From: Candidatus Zhuqueibacterota bacterium | GTDB lineage: Bacteria; Zhuqueibacterota; Zhuqueibacteria; Thermofontimicrobiales; Thermofontimicrobiaceae | Length of the DNA: 64,000 nucleotides | Direction: 5' to 3' | Assembly: GCA_049322915.1 (NCBI GenBank) | Contig: JBMOPW010000034.1 | Location: 288,001-352,000, forward strand | In this document: one piece after another, positions 13,515-22,289 of the stretch | Layout of the letters: every line of letters starts with the position of its first letter | Numbering within the stretch: the stretch's first letter is position 1 | Notes under the pieces: generated by a model | What the model saw: only the letters and a program-made list of their open reading frames with translations | Told to the model about the DNA's origin: nothing | The model's database searches: none | Translations under genes and position numbers: made by a program

Positions 13515-14264
13515 TCATCGATGGAAAAGGTCGTAAATCCCCCAGCCATTGACGCACGCGAGCAACACCAGCACAAGCACATCCGGTGAGGCGATGGAAA
13601 AAGCGCGATCGATTCGGACTCTTCCCTGAACGCCATAGCCGCGCAGTTCCAGCGCCAGAGCCGAGTATGCGACAAAATGCATCCCGCGAAACAGCAGCGG
13701 GATGAGCAGCATTTTCAGCATCAAATATTTGTTTTTCAGACTCAGATTCCGGAGCTGAATTCCCCGGAATCGAATTGACCACAGCCCTTTTTTCGCCTCC
13801 TCAAAAATGAACGGAATGAATTTCAGCGTGGTCAGAATGATCAGGCTCATCTGGATCGGCATGCGGATTTTAGTCAGGAAATGAAAGAAGTCAAATAAAG
13901 GAATCTGGCCAAAGATGAACGCCAGCATGAAAATGATCATGAAACGAATCCACAGCAGAATGGCTTCATTCAGTCCGTTAGAAAAAATGAGCGGAAATCC
14001 GTGGAAAGCGAACAGGATGGTCCCCTGCCTCCGAAAGACAATCTGGACAATTGAGATGACGCACAGCATCAGACCGATCTGGGAGAAGCGTCGCAGGAAC
14101 ACTCTGAACTCGTCGGGCGCAAGCACAGCGATCCAGCCGATCAATAGCAGCAGCCAGACCAGCGGCATGCGAAAGTCGGTGGCGTACACGCCCCAGAAGG
14201 TCGCTGACACGCCGGCACAGAGGATGGTTAAAAAATGCAATTTCATATTTTGGAAGAGCATCAA
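13515..14264 (-). CDS. ECF transporter transmembrane T component (EcfT/CbiQ family)
   Basis: Multiple TM helices; LKFIP, SIRFRG, LIPLL and ALELRGY coupling-helix motifs. Confidence 0.85.
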   Translation of the reverse strand: MMLFQNMKLHFLTILCAGVSATFWGVYATDFRMPLVWLLLLIGWIAVLAPDEFRVFLRRFSQIGLMLCVISIVQIVFRRQGTILFAFHGFPLIFSNGLNEAILLWIRFMIIFMLAFIFGQIPLFDFFHFLTKIRMPIQMSLIILTTLKFIPFIFEEAKKGLWSIRFRGIQLRNLSLKNKYLMLKMLLIPLLFRGMHFVAYSALALELRGYGVQGRVRIDRAFSIASPDVLVLVLLACVNGWGIYDLFHR

Positions 14265-14389
14265 TGAAATTATAAAACACTCGACTGTGATTTTTTAATT
14301 GCTGAACGTACCGGCGCCGATCACAGACTGGAAATCGCTTCGGCCCAACACTCCCGAGCACGGTCACTGTCAGTTCAACGCGCTGTGAA

Positions 14390-15040
14390 TCATTCGCTTC
14401 CCAGGGCAGCGCCATTGCCCGGGGCAAGCGGCCAGGCATCCACCTTTTTCCAGATGCCGCTTGCACTCAGTGGCTGGCGCCACTCCGTACTATCCGGCAT
14501 GAAACCCAACACGCACGTCGGAGCTTTTTCGGATTGGCCATTTGCTTCCAACAGGAACTCGACCACCTGAGCGATCCGATGTTGCGAAAGATTCGCTGGC
14601 AGGTAGCCGATAATGAAAAACTCCGGCTGTTTCACCCATTGCGTCAGCAGCCAGAGCAATTTCGTTTCTCCTTCGGAGAGGAAGAAAGGATTCTGTTGCG
14701 CCAGCGACGCCATATCAAATCGCTGCAACAGAACGAGAGCATCCGGCAGAAATCCGGAAGCGGACGTTGCATAATTGTCCCTGGCAGCGATTGCATCGGC
14801 TATTTCCAGTTCGACCGTTTCGTTCAGAAACGTACCGACCGATGCATTGGGCGCCCAACCGATTCTCCGCCCGATTGCCGGCAATTCCTGAGCCTCGCGA
14901 CCCCATAATTTCTGTTTTCGGCCCTGCTGAAAGGGTTGCACCAACTGGCCGGCCAGATAGCGATTGATCTCTTCGGTATCTCGCAGAGCTACCAGATAGT
15001 GAAACGGGCGCGGGAAATGATGTCGTAGCCATTCAATCAT
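14390..15040 (-). CDS. Degenerate ECF ATPase-like subunit
   Basis: FLNETVELEI and NPFFLSEGETK resemble the EcfA Q-helix/signature region; no Walker A; Walker B region reads FFIIGYLP. Sits between EcfA and EcfT. Confidence 0.6.
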   Translation of the reverse strand: MIEWLRHHFPRPFHYLVALRDTEEINRYLAGQLVQPFQQGRKQKLWGREAQELPAIGRRIGWAPNASVGTFLNETVELEIADAIAARDNYATSASGFLPDALVLLQRFDMASLAQQNPFFLSEGETKLLWLLTQWVKQPEFFIIGYLPANLSQHRIAQVVEFLLEANGQSEKAPTCVLGFMPDSTEWRQPLSASGIWKKVDAWPLAPGNGAALGSE

Positions 15041-15704
15041 AGCGAGCCGTCAATTGTCCCTGGGTGAGAATCCATTTGGCGATGCGCTCATCCGTCGTCT
15101 GGTGATCGATGAAAATGACCGATTTCTGGCGCTCCATGAGCAGCGCAAAGAAATCCTGCCATTGGCCCATTTCAATTGCGGAGAAACCATTCATGACTTC
15201 ATCGAACAAAAACAGCGTGGCATTCTGCAGAAAGTAGATGAACGTCAACGCCAGCACCTTATCGGAAAAATCCATCTGACGGTACGGTCGATTCAGGCAT
15301 TCCCTGAAACGAGGGAAAATGCCGATGAATTCCTCACGCCGAACGTCAAAATCGCTCTGCTCGGTTTTTAGCAGCGACGTCGTGAATATCATTTCATCCT
15401 TCAAATTTTCCATCATCAGGAAAAAATCGATATTTTTACCCGGGACAAAACCGACCGCAGGGAACAGAGCGTTCGGCGCTGTCTGGAAAACCGCTGAATT
15501 GTCGAAGTAGATTTCACCCTGCAAAATACGACCTCGTTCGAAATGGGGAATCATTCCGACGATCAATTTGAGCAGGGTCGTTTTACCTGAGCCATTATCT
15601 CCGACTAACTGGACGATCTCTGCGCGATCCATTTTGCAGGATACGTTCTGAAAAAGCGGCTCATTCCGCCAGCCGAATGTTAGATTGTTTATGGACAGCA
15701 GCAT
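15033..15704 (-). CDS. ECF/ABC ATP-binding subunit with degenerate signature
   Basis: Walker A GDNGSGKTT, Walker B LFLFDE, H-loop IFIDH; signature position reads MDFSD instead of LSGGQ/E. Confidence 0.85.
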   Translation of the reverse strand: MLLSINNLTFGWRNEPLFQNVSCKMDRAEIVQLVGDNGSGKTTLLKLIVGMIPHFERGRILQGEIYFDNSAVFQTAPNALFPAVGFVPGKNIDFFLMMENLKDEMIFTTSLLKTEQSDFDVRREEFIGIFPRFRECLNRPYRQMDFSDKVLALTFIYFLQNATLFLFDEVMNGFSAIEMGQWQDFFALLMERQKSVIFIDHQTTDERIAKWILTQGQLTARYD

Positions 15705-15714
15705 GGCACTTCAT

Positions 15715-16269
15715 TCACTGGATGGTTTCCGGTTTTTGAAACGCCGGGAAAGCTTTCATCAAACCGCTGTAAAGCGCCCAGCTCAGATACCCGGCCACGC
15801 CGCCGAATAGAAACGACGGAATTAAACTGAGGATCAATGGAATTTTAGGCAGATGCATGATCATGAAGCCAACCAGCAATGCGCCGCTCACATTGCCCAG
15901 GGCCGTCGGGAAAAATAGCAGCCAATGACTTCGGAACGACCGGATCAATAAAAACCCGAGATCGATGAAAACTCCGGGTACAGTGTAAGTCAGCAATGTG
16001 AGAATGCCGTGCGAGCCATACAGGCCGGTGACCATTACGGCGATGCCTTGAATCAGTCCGACGAAGGTCGCAGCGCCAACGCGCTTTACCACCAGCAACG
16101 CCAGCATGGGCCAAATCATATAAATCGCACCGGCAATAGAACCGGATGGGATGAACAGCGCTGACCCAATCAGTTTCGCCAGGGGACCAACAATCGGCTT
16201 CAGGGCAATGCCGCATGCAGCCATGAGCGCGATGAAAACCGCATCCAGAGTAGATATTTTTTTCAGCAT
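15715..16269 (-). CDS. ECF transporter substrate-specific S component
   Basis: 184 aa, about 6 TM helices, VKRVGAATFVGLIQG; first gene of the S-A-A'-T operon. Confidence 0.8.
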   Translation of the reverse strand: MLKKISTLDAVFIALMAACGIALKPIVGPLAKLIGSALFIPSGSIAGAIYMIWPMLALLVVKRVGAATFVGLIQGIAVMVTGLYGSHGILTLLTYTVPGVFIDLGFLLIRSFRSHWLLFFPTALGNVSGALLVGFMIMHLPKIPLILSLIPSFLFGGVAGYLSWALYSGLMKAFPAFQKPETIQ

Positions 16270-16389
16270 ACGATCCTGTTTTTAGCCCGCATTATTCATT
16301 GTATTTTTAAAGGAAGCGGGATAACCTGAATGGTGCATAAATTTAAAATTCGAATATAAAACTGAGTTTGATTTTGCATATACATTCAC

Positions 16390-16409
16390 ACATTATGAAA
16401 ACATAATGT
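16390..16409. promoter_or_regulatory. Perfect palindrome, candidate operator upstream of the ECF operon
   Basis: ACATTATG-AAAA-CATAATGT, about 120 bp upstream of the S-component start. Confidence 0.4.
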
Positions 16410-16615
16410 TAAGCTGGGCTATTGGAGAATTCAAGAATAATTCAGGTTAGTGTGAATGAAAAAATCGATATTGTCCGAGCCAGTGTCACTGGTTTTTGAA
16501 AGGACTATTTCCCGCAGTCAGCGACGCCCAATCCAACCCATTTGATTTCAACGTCCCAAAATCATCGATGGGGACTGTTCGTTTTCTTTCATCATCATCG
16601 GCAACAGCGGCTCTT

Positions 16616-16649
16616 AAAAAAATGGGTAACCATATATCAGTTACCCATT
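16616..16649 (-). terminator. Rho-independent terminator of selC
   Basis: 10-bp stem AATGGGTAAC (16621-16630) / GTTACCCATT (16640-16649), followed by a U-run on the minus strand, 3 nt after the tRNA CCA. Confidence 0.85.
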
Positions 16650-16652
16650 CAA

Positions 16653-16751
16653 TGGCGGGAATGTGTGGGAATCGAACCCACCTGTCCCGACTCTGGTCGG
16701 GGCACTACAGATTTGAAGTCTGCGGGGCCCACCAGGTACCCTTCCACTCCC
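16653..16751 (-). tRNA. selC: tRNA-Sec (anticodon UCA)
   Basis: Minus strand GGGAGTGG...GCAGA-CTTCAAA-TCTGT (UCA anticodon), long variable arm (CCCGAC/GTCGGG), GTGGG-TTCGATT-CCCAC T arm, G discriminator and encoded CCA; 99 nt. Confidence 0.95.
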
Positions 16752-16844
16752 AAATAATCTTTGGCTGGCGGATGATAACCAGCGAAAATCACTCATTTAT
16801 TTCTATTGTTATTATTAGCTTGAAGCGTTTCGAAAATGCGATGT

Positions 16845-16873
16845 AAAATACAAATTTTAATCATCAGAGTCAA
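16845..16873 (-). promoter_or_regulatory. Sigma-70-type promoter of selC
   Basis: TTGACT (16873-16868), 17 bp, TATTTT (16850-16845). Confidence 0.55.
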
Positions 16874-17110
16874 GCCAATTTTTTTCTAAATTTGAGAATG
16901 CTACTCAGATGACAAAGTAATCCCATTTTCTGAAAACAATAGCTTTTTCTTCCAACACGAATGAGAGTGAACCCCGTACTTCTTCTCTTATTGTATCTTT
17001 CGGCAGACGGATATTATTTTGAATCAGTCTCTATTTCACAGATAAAGTGAACGGATGATCATGGAGGTTGAGGTACTCACGGACATTTTTTAGAGCGGGA
17101 TAATCGAAAA

Positions 17111-17166
17111 TTTGAAATGGGTTGACGTGATATATCTGAACATTTCACGCCAACTCTTTTTCAAAT
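17111..17166 (-). terminator. Imperfect hairpin, probable terminator of the leftward PUL operon
   Basis: Minus strand GTTGGCGTGA...TCACGTCAAC flanked by TTTGAAA/TTTCAAA and followed by T-rich sequence, about 100 bp after the 17266 stop. Confidence 0.45.
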
Positions 17167-17265
17167 ACTGTGTTACAGGTGACATCCTATTTGGGGGGAC
17201 GCTGTCATTTTCATGTTCCATCTCGCTTCAAAATCAAGTATGTATCCGTGCGAACCTTTTAGAGG

Positions 17266-18267
17266 TTATTTCGGGGTTTGTCGCTCGAATATTTTTCTGG
17301 TTACCTCGCCAAGGAGCGGTTCTTGTTTTAACCAGCGCTCCATATCCGCTACGACAGAGGCGCCGAGATCACTGCGCCAGTATTTTGAGAAACTGCCAAT
17401 ATGAGGTGTGCAAATTACGTTTGGGAGATTTAATAAGGGATGACTCACGGGAAGCGGTTCTTCCTGATAGACATCCAGCGCCGCATAGATTCGTCCGGTT
17501 TTCAGAATTTCAATGAGCGCCGTTTCATCGATAATCGGACCACGGGCGGTATTAATGAGCAAAGCGCCATCCTGCAACGAAGTCAATTCCCTTTTTCCAA
17601 TCATTCCTCGTGATTGTGAGGTCAGCGTGTTATGCAGCGAGATAATTTGGCTTCGACGTAACAGCTCATCCAACGAACAAATTTCAGCGCCCATTTCCCG
17701 GGCCTGCTCATGGTTGACATGATGCGAATGAAGCAGAATATGCGCGTGAAAGAACTTGAGAAACGGAATTAGCATGCGCGATATTTCGCCGTAGCCAATC
17801 AGTCCAACAGTCTGCCGCTCCAGCCCCATCACCAGATCCCTTTCATTGTTCACCCAGCTCCCACCTTTCAATTGGTGGATGAACTGCGGAATCTGCCAGG
17901 CTGCGCACAACATAAGCGCCAGACAGAATTCGGTGGTCGAGCGGGCTAATGAATTATTGGCGTTTACAATGGTGATGTTTCTGTCGAAAGCGAGGGGATC
18001 AATAAATGGTACGATCGTGCCGGCGGTGTGCCCAATGAATTTGAGTTTTGATGCTTGCTCCAACACTTTTCTGGTTAATTTGGGAGAGCGCCAGCCCGAA
18101 ATAACTGCATCGAAATCCCCGATGATTTTTTCCAGAGGCTCGCCGCAATAGCTTTCCCCTTCAGGAACCCAGGTTACTTCTGAAAGTCCATTGAGTTTGG
18201 CGATGGTGGCTTCACTAAAAATAATCTTTTTCAGATCAGGATGGCATACGGTAACCAATGTTTTCAT
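17266..18267 (-). CDS. D-isomer-specific 2-hydroxyacid dehydrogenase
   Basis: VGLIGYGEI, LINTARG, AALDVYQEEP, TPHIG. Confidence 0.92.
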   Translation of the reverse strand: MKTLVTVCHPDLKKIIFSEATIAKLNGLSEVTWVPEGESYCGEPLEKIIGDFDAVISGWRSPKLTRKVLEQASKLKFIGHTAGTIVPFIDPLAFDRNITIVNANNSLARSTTEFCLALMLCAAWQIPQFIHQLKGGSWVNNERDLVMGLERQTVGLIGYGEISRMLIPFLKFFHAHILLHSHHVNHEQAREMGAEICSLDELLRRSQIISLHNTLTSQSRGMIGKRELTSLQDGALLINTARGPIIDETALIEILKTGRIYAALDVYQEEPLPVSHPLLNLPNVICTPHIGSFSKYWRSDLGASVVADMERWLKQEPLLGEVTRKIFERQTPK

Positions 18268-18289
18268 TAAATTTTACCTCTCCTGTGAT

Positions 18290-19162
18290 TTATTCGATGG
18301 GTGGATTCTGACTTATTCTTGAGGCGATTTTCTTCATATAGTTGGCATAGCTGGGAAGAATGATTTCTGCTTCGGCGCCTTTGAATTGTAGCTCGGGACG
18401 CCACTTGCTTTCCCATTCCAGCGAGAAGAATCCTTCATAATGATCGTTTAACAATAGTTTAATTATTTCTTCATTTGGAATAATTCCTTCTCCCAGCCGG
18501 GTATATTCCCAGCGATGTAATTCTTGATCGGCGAAGGGTCTGCCGTCTTTGATGTGAACGTGCCGGCAATGGGAACCAAGCCATTCCAGCGTCTCTTCGG
18601 GCGCTTCCTGATCTTCCAGTGGATGCATCACATCCCAGATGGCGCCGCAATTTTTTCTATCAACATCTTTGAATAACTGATGCAGCGCCTGGCCCGTGCC
18701 GTATTCATTGTGGGTTTCCACCCAGATTTCAATATCAAAATTTTGGGCGAGCTGGCAGGCTTGCTGGATGAATTCAACGATTCGGTCGTGATCAATCCGT
18801 TCTTTTTGGTCGCTGTGTCGGTTGATAAAATTTCCCAAAAATATCCGGACTCCGCAGGCCTTCAGATCTGCCGCAAGCCCGATATTCGCAAGCAGCAGTT
18901 TCATTTTCTGTACTCGATCTTCGCTGTCATTTCCCAGAATGCAAACACTGCTGCCGATATTGGTGATCCGAATGCCGTTTTGTTCAAACAGTTTTCGGAT
19001 TCGATCTCGCGCCTGGCTGGTTAGCATGACTGACGCCCAGCTCTCATCTGATTCACGGAGCTCGATCCCTGCAAAGCCATATTTGCGACAATATTCGATC
19101 ATCTCTTCAGGCGGCCAGCCAGCGCAGGGTAAAGTGCTGTAAGCAATTTTTAACATGTTCAA
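18290..19162 (-). CDS. Sugar phosphate isomerase/epimerase (xylose isomerase-like TIM barrel)
   Basis: GFAGIELR, WVETH, WDVMH, HVHIKD, YEGFFSLEWE. Confidence 0.88.
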   Translation of the reverse strand: MNMLKIAYSTLPCAGWPPEEMIEYCRKYGFAGIELRESDESWASVMLTSQARDRIRKLFEQNGIRITNIGSSVCILGNDSEDRVQKMKLLLANIGLAADLKACGVRIFLGNFINRHSDQKERIDHDRIVEFIQQACQLAQNFDIEIWVETHNEYGTGQALHQLFKDVDRKNCGAIWDVMHPLEDQEAPEETLEWLGSHCRHVHIKDGRPFADQELHRWEYTRLGEGIIPNEEIIKLLLNDHYEGFFSLEWESKWRPELQFKGAEAEIILPSYANYMKKIASRISQNPPIE

Positions 19163-20838
19163 TTTCCCCGATTTTTCTGGCTCATAAAATAAAAAGCAAC
19201 TCCAAAGCTGATGGTGACGCCGATGTAGATGAGCAGCGAACCATGATCCGCCCTGGGAATGAAAAAAATCAGAATTAAACTGACCAATCCGATCAGCAGG
19301 GTGGTTCGACTCAAAAATCGAAAGACGGTCTGCGTGATACTTTCTGTTTCTCCGACCTCATGCGCCAGGTCAATCGGCGTATCAAGTTTTTGATAAAATA
19401 TATTCCGCGGTTGAACGTATTTTGAGTTTTTTTCTTTCAACATAATACAGGCATAGTAAACCAAAATTCCCATGGGGATGATGAGAAAAACCCTGGCGAC
19501 AAAATTCCACTGAAAAACAAAACTGGTCAATATTCCCAGAATCAATGAAACTGAAAACGAGACAATCGCGGAGAAGTGGGGGGCTTTTCGTTCGATCAAA
19601 CCCAACAAAGCCGGCGGCCCATACGCCAGAGAAATAATCGTATTGAACGTCAACATCGTGACAAAAACACTTTCACCGCTGCTGGCCATGACAATTGCAA
19701 TGGTCGGGACAAGGAGACCCACGGCCAGGGTGGTTAATCTCCCCAGCAGCAGGATGCTGCGATCACGGTTAATTTTGAACAGCGTTTGAAAAATATCTTT
19801 TGAAAGAATGGCCGAATGCATGTTATAAAAGCTGGAAAGACTCGACATGCTGGCGCTGAAAATCGCTGCGAGCATAATCCCGATCAGTCCGTTGGGAAGC
19901 AGGGTCAAACTGGCCAGGGCGTAGGCACCCTCTTCGGGGTTGGGTAAATTCGGAAAAATTTCGGCAATATTGGGATAGAGAATCCGCATCGCCATCGGTG
20001 GGATGAACCACAGAAATGTACCGAAGAAAAACATGAGGCTGGTGAACAGGGCAACTTTTTTGGCAGAACGCTCGCTATCAACACTGAAATAGCGCTGGGC
20101 ATTGACCGATGTGTTGTAGGCGAAAAAATTGACCAATCCAAAACATAGAATATAGGTGAACATCGATTTTTCCGAGTGACCCAAAGTGAGCAGTTGCGCT
20201 GGCAATGATGAAAAAAAAGCGCTAATTCCGCCGACTTTAGCCAGCGCCATGAAAAACATGACGATGGTGAATGGGACTAAAATGATACCCTGGATAAAAT
20301 CCGTGATCATTACCGCCCACAATCCGCCTAAAAAGCAGTAAGCTAAAATAATCAACCCTGCAATCACAATCGTCCAGAATAGCGGAAAGCCAGAGATGGA
20401 TGATAGAAAAACACCCAGACCAAACAGAACGCTGCCAGCCATGAAAAGCTGAAACAAAATACTGCTCCAGGAAAAAATCTGTCGGGTTGGCTCATTGTAT
20501 CTTTGGTTAAGATATTCCATCACCGAAGACACCCGGGTACGGCGCCAGGGTGCGGCAAATACCAGATAGCCAATGAAAAACGAAATTGCCGTACCGAGGT
20601 ACATGAGGATGGCAGTGATCCCTTCTTTGTACGCAATGCCGGCCGCGCCGGTAAAAGTCCAGGCGCTAAAGCCACTCATGAACGAGCTGAGTCCGGCCAC
20701 CAACCAGGGAATTTTATTGCCGCCTATAAAAAAATCTGACTCACCTTTGTTAAATCGCATGAAATAAAAACCGACCCCAAGGGTGAGCAGTAGATATAGA
20801 ACAAGAATCACATAGTCGATGAATAGAATTGATTTCAA
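19159..20838 (-). CDS. Sodium:solute symporter (SSS/SLC5)
   Basis: DFFIGGNKIPW, GGLWAVMITDFIQG, QRYFS, GIMLAAIFSASMSS; many TM helices. Confidence 0.93.
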   Translation of the reverse strand: MKSILFIDYVILVLYLLLTLGVGFYFMRFNKGESDFFIGGNKIPWLVAGLSSFMSGFSAWTFTGAAGIAYKEGITAILMYLGTAISFFIGYLVFAAPWRRTRVSSVMEYLNQRYNEPTRQIFSWSSILFQLFMAGSVLFGLGVFLSSISGFPLFWTIVIAGLIILAYCFLGGLWAVMITDFIQGIILVPFTIVMFFMALAKVGGISAFFSSLPAQLLTLGHSEKSMFTYILCFGLVNFFAYNTSVNAQRYFSVDSERSAKKVALFTSLMFFFGTFLWFIPPMAMRILYPNIAEIFPNLPNPEEGAYALASLTLLPNGLIGIMLAAIFSASMSSLSSFYNMHSAILSKDIFQTLFKINRDRSILLLGRLTTLAVGLLVPTIAIVMASSGESVFVTMLTFNTIISLAYGPPALLGLIERKAPHFSAIVSFSVSLILGILTSFVFQWNFVARVFLIIPMGILVYYACIMLKEKNSKYVQPRNIFYQKLDTPIDLAHEVGETESITQTVFRFLSRTTLLIGLVSLILIFFIPRADHGSLLIYIGVTISFGVAFYFMSQKNRGN

Positions 20839-20879
20839 AATTTTCTCCCAACTTTGCCAGCCTGAAAAAATAGTAAAAG

Positions 20880-22175
20880 TTAAGGCAAAACAAATGTCAA
20901 GGTATGCCCATCTTTACCGAGATCGAAACCTTGGGTGATGTTCGTTTTTTTAAATTTGATTTGAATTTCGTAGCTGCCGAGAAATCCCCGTGTTCCAAAC
21001 TGACCCTGCTCATCGGTTATTCCCTGGTTATTTGTCCACCATTTATTGAAAACTAAATCTTTATACACCAACCCATTTGGCTTCATTGACCAGTCTTTGC
21101 GGAATAATGCCCGTGGCGGTTTCCAATGGGCGCCTTCCCAGAAGCCCCACATATTAATGCACTCAACAGCCGGATGGCTGAATACCGTGACATAAAAATC
21201 ATGCAGGTATTGCGCCTGTTGTTGTTCGTTGATTCCCTCATGATCGAACTCAGTGATGCGCAGCGGCAAGCCAAATTTGGCCAGGCGATCAATGCGCTGG
21301 AAAACCGTATCAGCCTGAAAAACAGTATCGCGTTCCATGTGCCCCTGAATGCCAACCGCGGTGATTGGAGCGTTGTGATCCAAAAGATATTGAATGTTCT
21401 TTTCCAACGGATCGATATTTTTTCCCGTGAGCAGAAGATTATTTTCATTCAGAACCAAAACCTGTTCAGCTAACTCCTGGCGAGCTACCTGGAACCAGTC
21501 CAGCATAATTTCATTGCCGAAAATATCCATGATTTCATGATGTTCGGCAGGCTCATTGATGACATCCCATTCGTCAATATAGTCTCTCGTGGCGCGGGTG
21601 ATTTCGTGAATATGGTCGAGAATTATCTGCGGCAGACCTTCGGGATGGTGTCTGTAAGGTTTGAGATACATCGGCATATAACGCCAGCTTGGCCAGACAA
21701 GGTTCGTCGCCCTTACATAAATATTTTGTGCTTTTAACCAGCGTAGCACCGCCAGCGTCCGCTCCCGATCAAACGGATTTCCAGGAACGATATACTCTTC
21801 GGTTTTAAAGCGGGTCTGATCCCACTCCCCATTCCAGGGCCCCCACTTGAGTTCCGAGGCGAGAACGCCAGCATTGAAATGCTCCAAAAATAGCTGCTTA
21901 TACGTTTCATTGGTAAAAGCGCCATACAACAATCCTGATTTCAACTCCGAACCAAACAGGAAGGCATGTTTTTTCATGCTGATTTGGACTTCGGCCCCGC
22001 TTACTGGCTTGCCGTGACTATCTTTCACTACAATAGTTATGGCTGCCTTCCGATGTTTTTCAATCCTTTTTTCTGCCTCCTGGAAAATTCCCAATTTCTG
22101 GGCGTGCAAAGGAATTGCGTATATCACCACCAATGAAAAAAAAAGAAATCTGTATATTTTAGCTTGCATTATCAC
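20880..22175 (-). CDS. Glycoside hydrolase family 10, signal peptide, no sorting domain
   Basis: WDVINEP (acid/base Glu), GIQGH, ITEFD (nucleophile Glu), WGFWE. Confidence 0.9.
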   Translation of the reverse strand: MIMQAKIYRFLFFSLVVIYAIPLHAQKLGIFQEAEKRIEKHRKAAITIVVKDSHGKPVSGAEVQISMKKHAFLFGSELKSGLLYGAFTNETYKQLFLEHFNAGVLASELKWGPWNGEWDQTRFKTEEYIVPGNPFDRERTLAVLRWLKAQNIYVRATNLVWPSWRYMPMYLKPYRHHPEGLPQIILDHIHEITRATRDYIDEWDVINEPAEHHEIMDIFGNEIMLDWFQVARQELAEQVLVLNENNLLLTGKNIDPLEKNIQYLLDHNAPITAVGIQGHMERDTVFQADTVFQRIDRLAKFGLPLRITEFDHEGINEQQQAQYLHDFYVTVFSHPAVECINMWGFWEGAHWKPPRALFRKDWSMKPNGLVYKDLVFNKWWTNNQGITDEQGQFGTRGFLGSYEIQIKFKKTNITQGFDLGKDGHTLTFVLP

Positions 22176-22289
22176 AATCCATCGAAGTTAGATACGATTG
22201 AAGATTCAGATTCACGAACACAATTGCTTTGAATGATTTCTGAGCTGATGCCTGTGGCAGTCGGTGTCTGAAATCACGATCCGCCTGCC

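Noticed and set aside
12441..16653. Possible island integrated at the selC 3' end (ECF-mobB block)
   Set aside because: No integrase and no duplicated tRNA 3' end found near 12450-12615.
16496..16846. 116-aa and 71-aa plus-strand ORFs
   Set aside because: They overlap tRNA-Sec and its terminator on the opposite strand and show no protein motifs.
17171..17184. TGTTACAGGTGACA resembling the HTCS box
   Set aside because: Spacer is one base short, there is no partner box 21 bp away, and it is not upstream of a gene.
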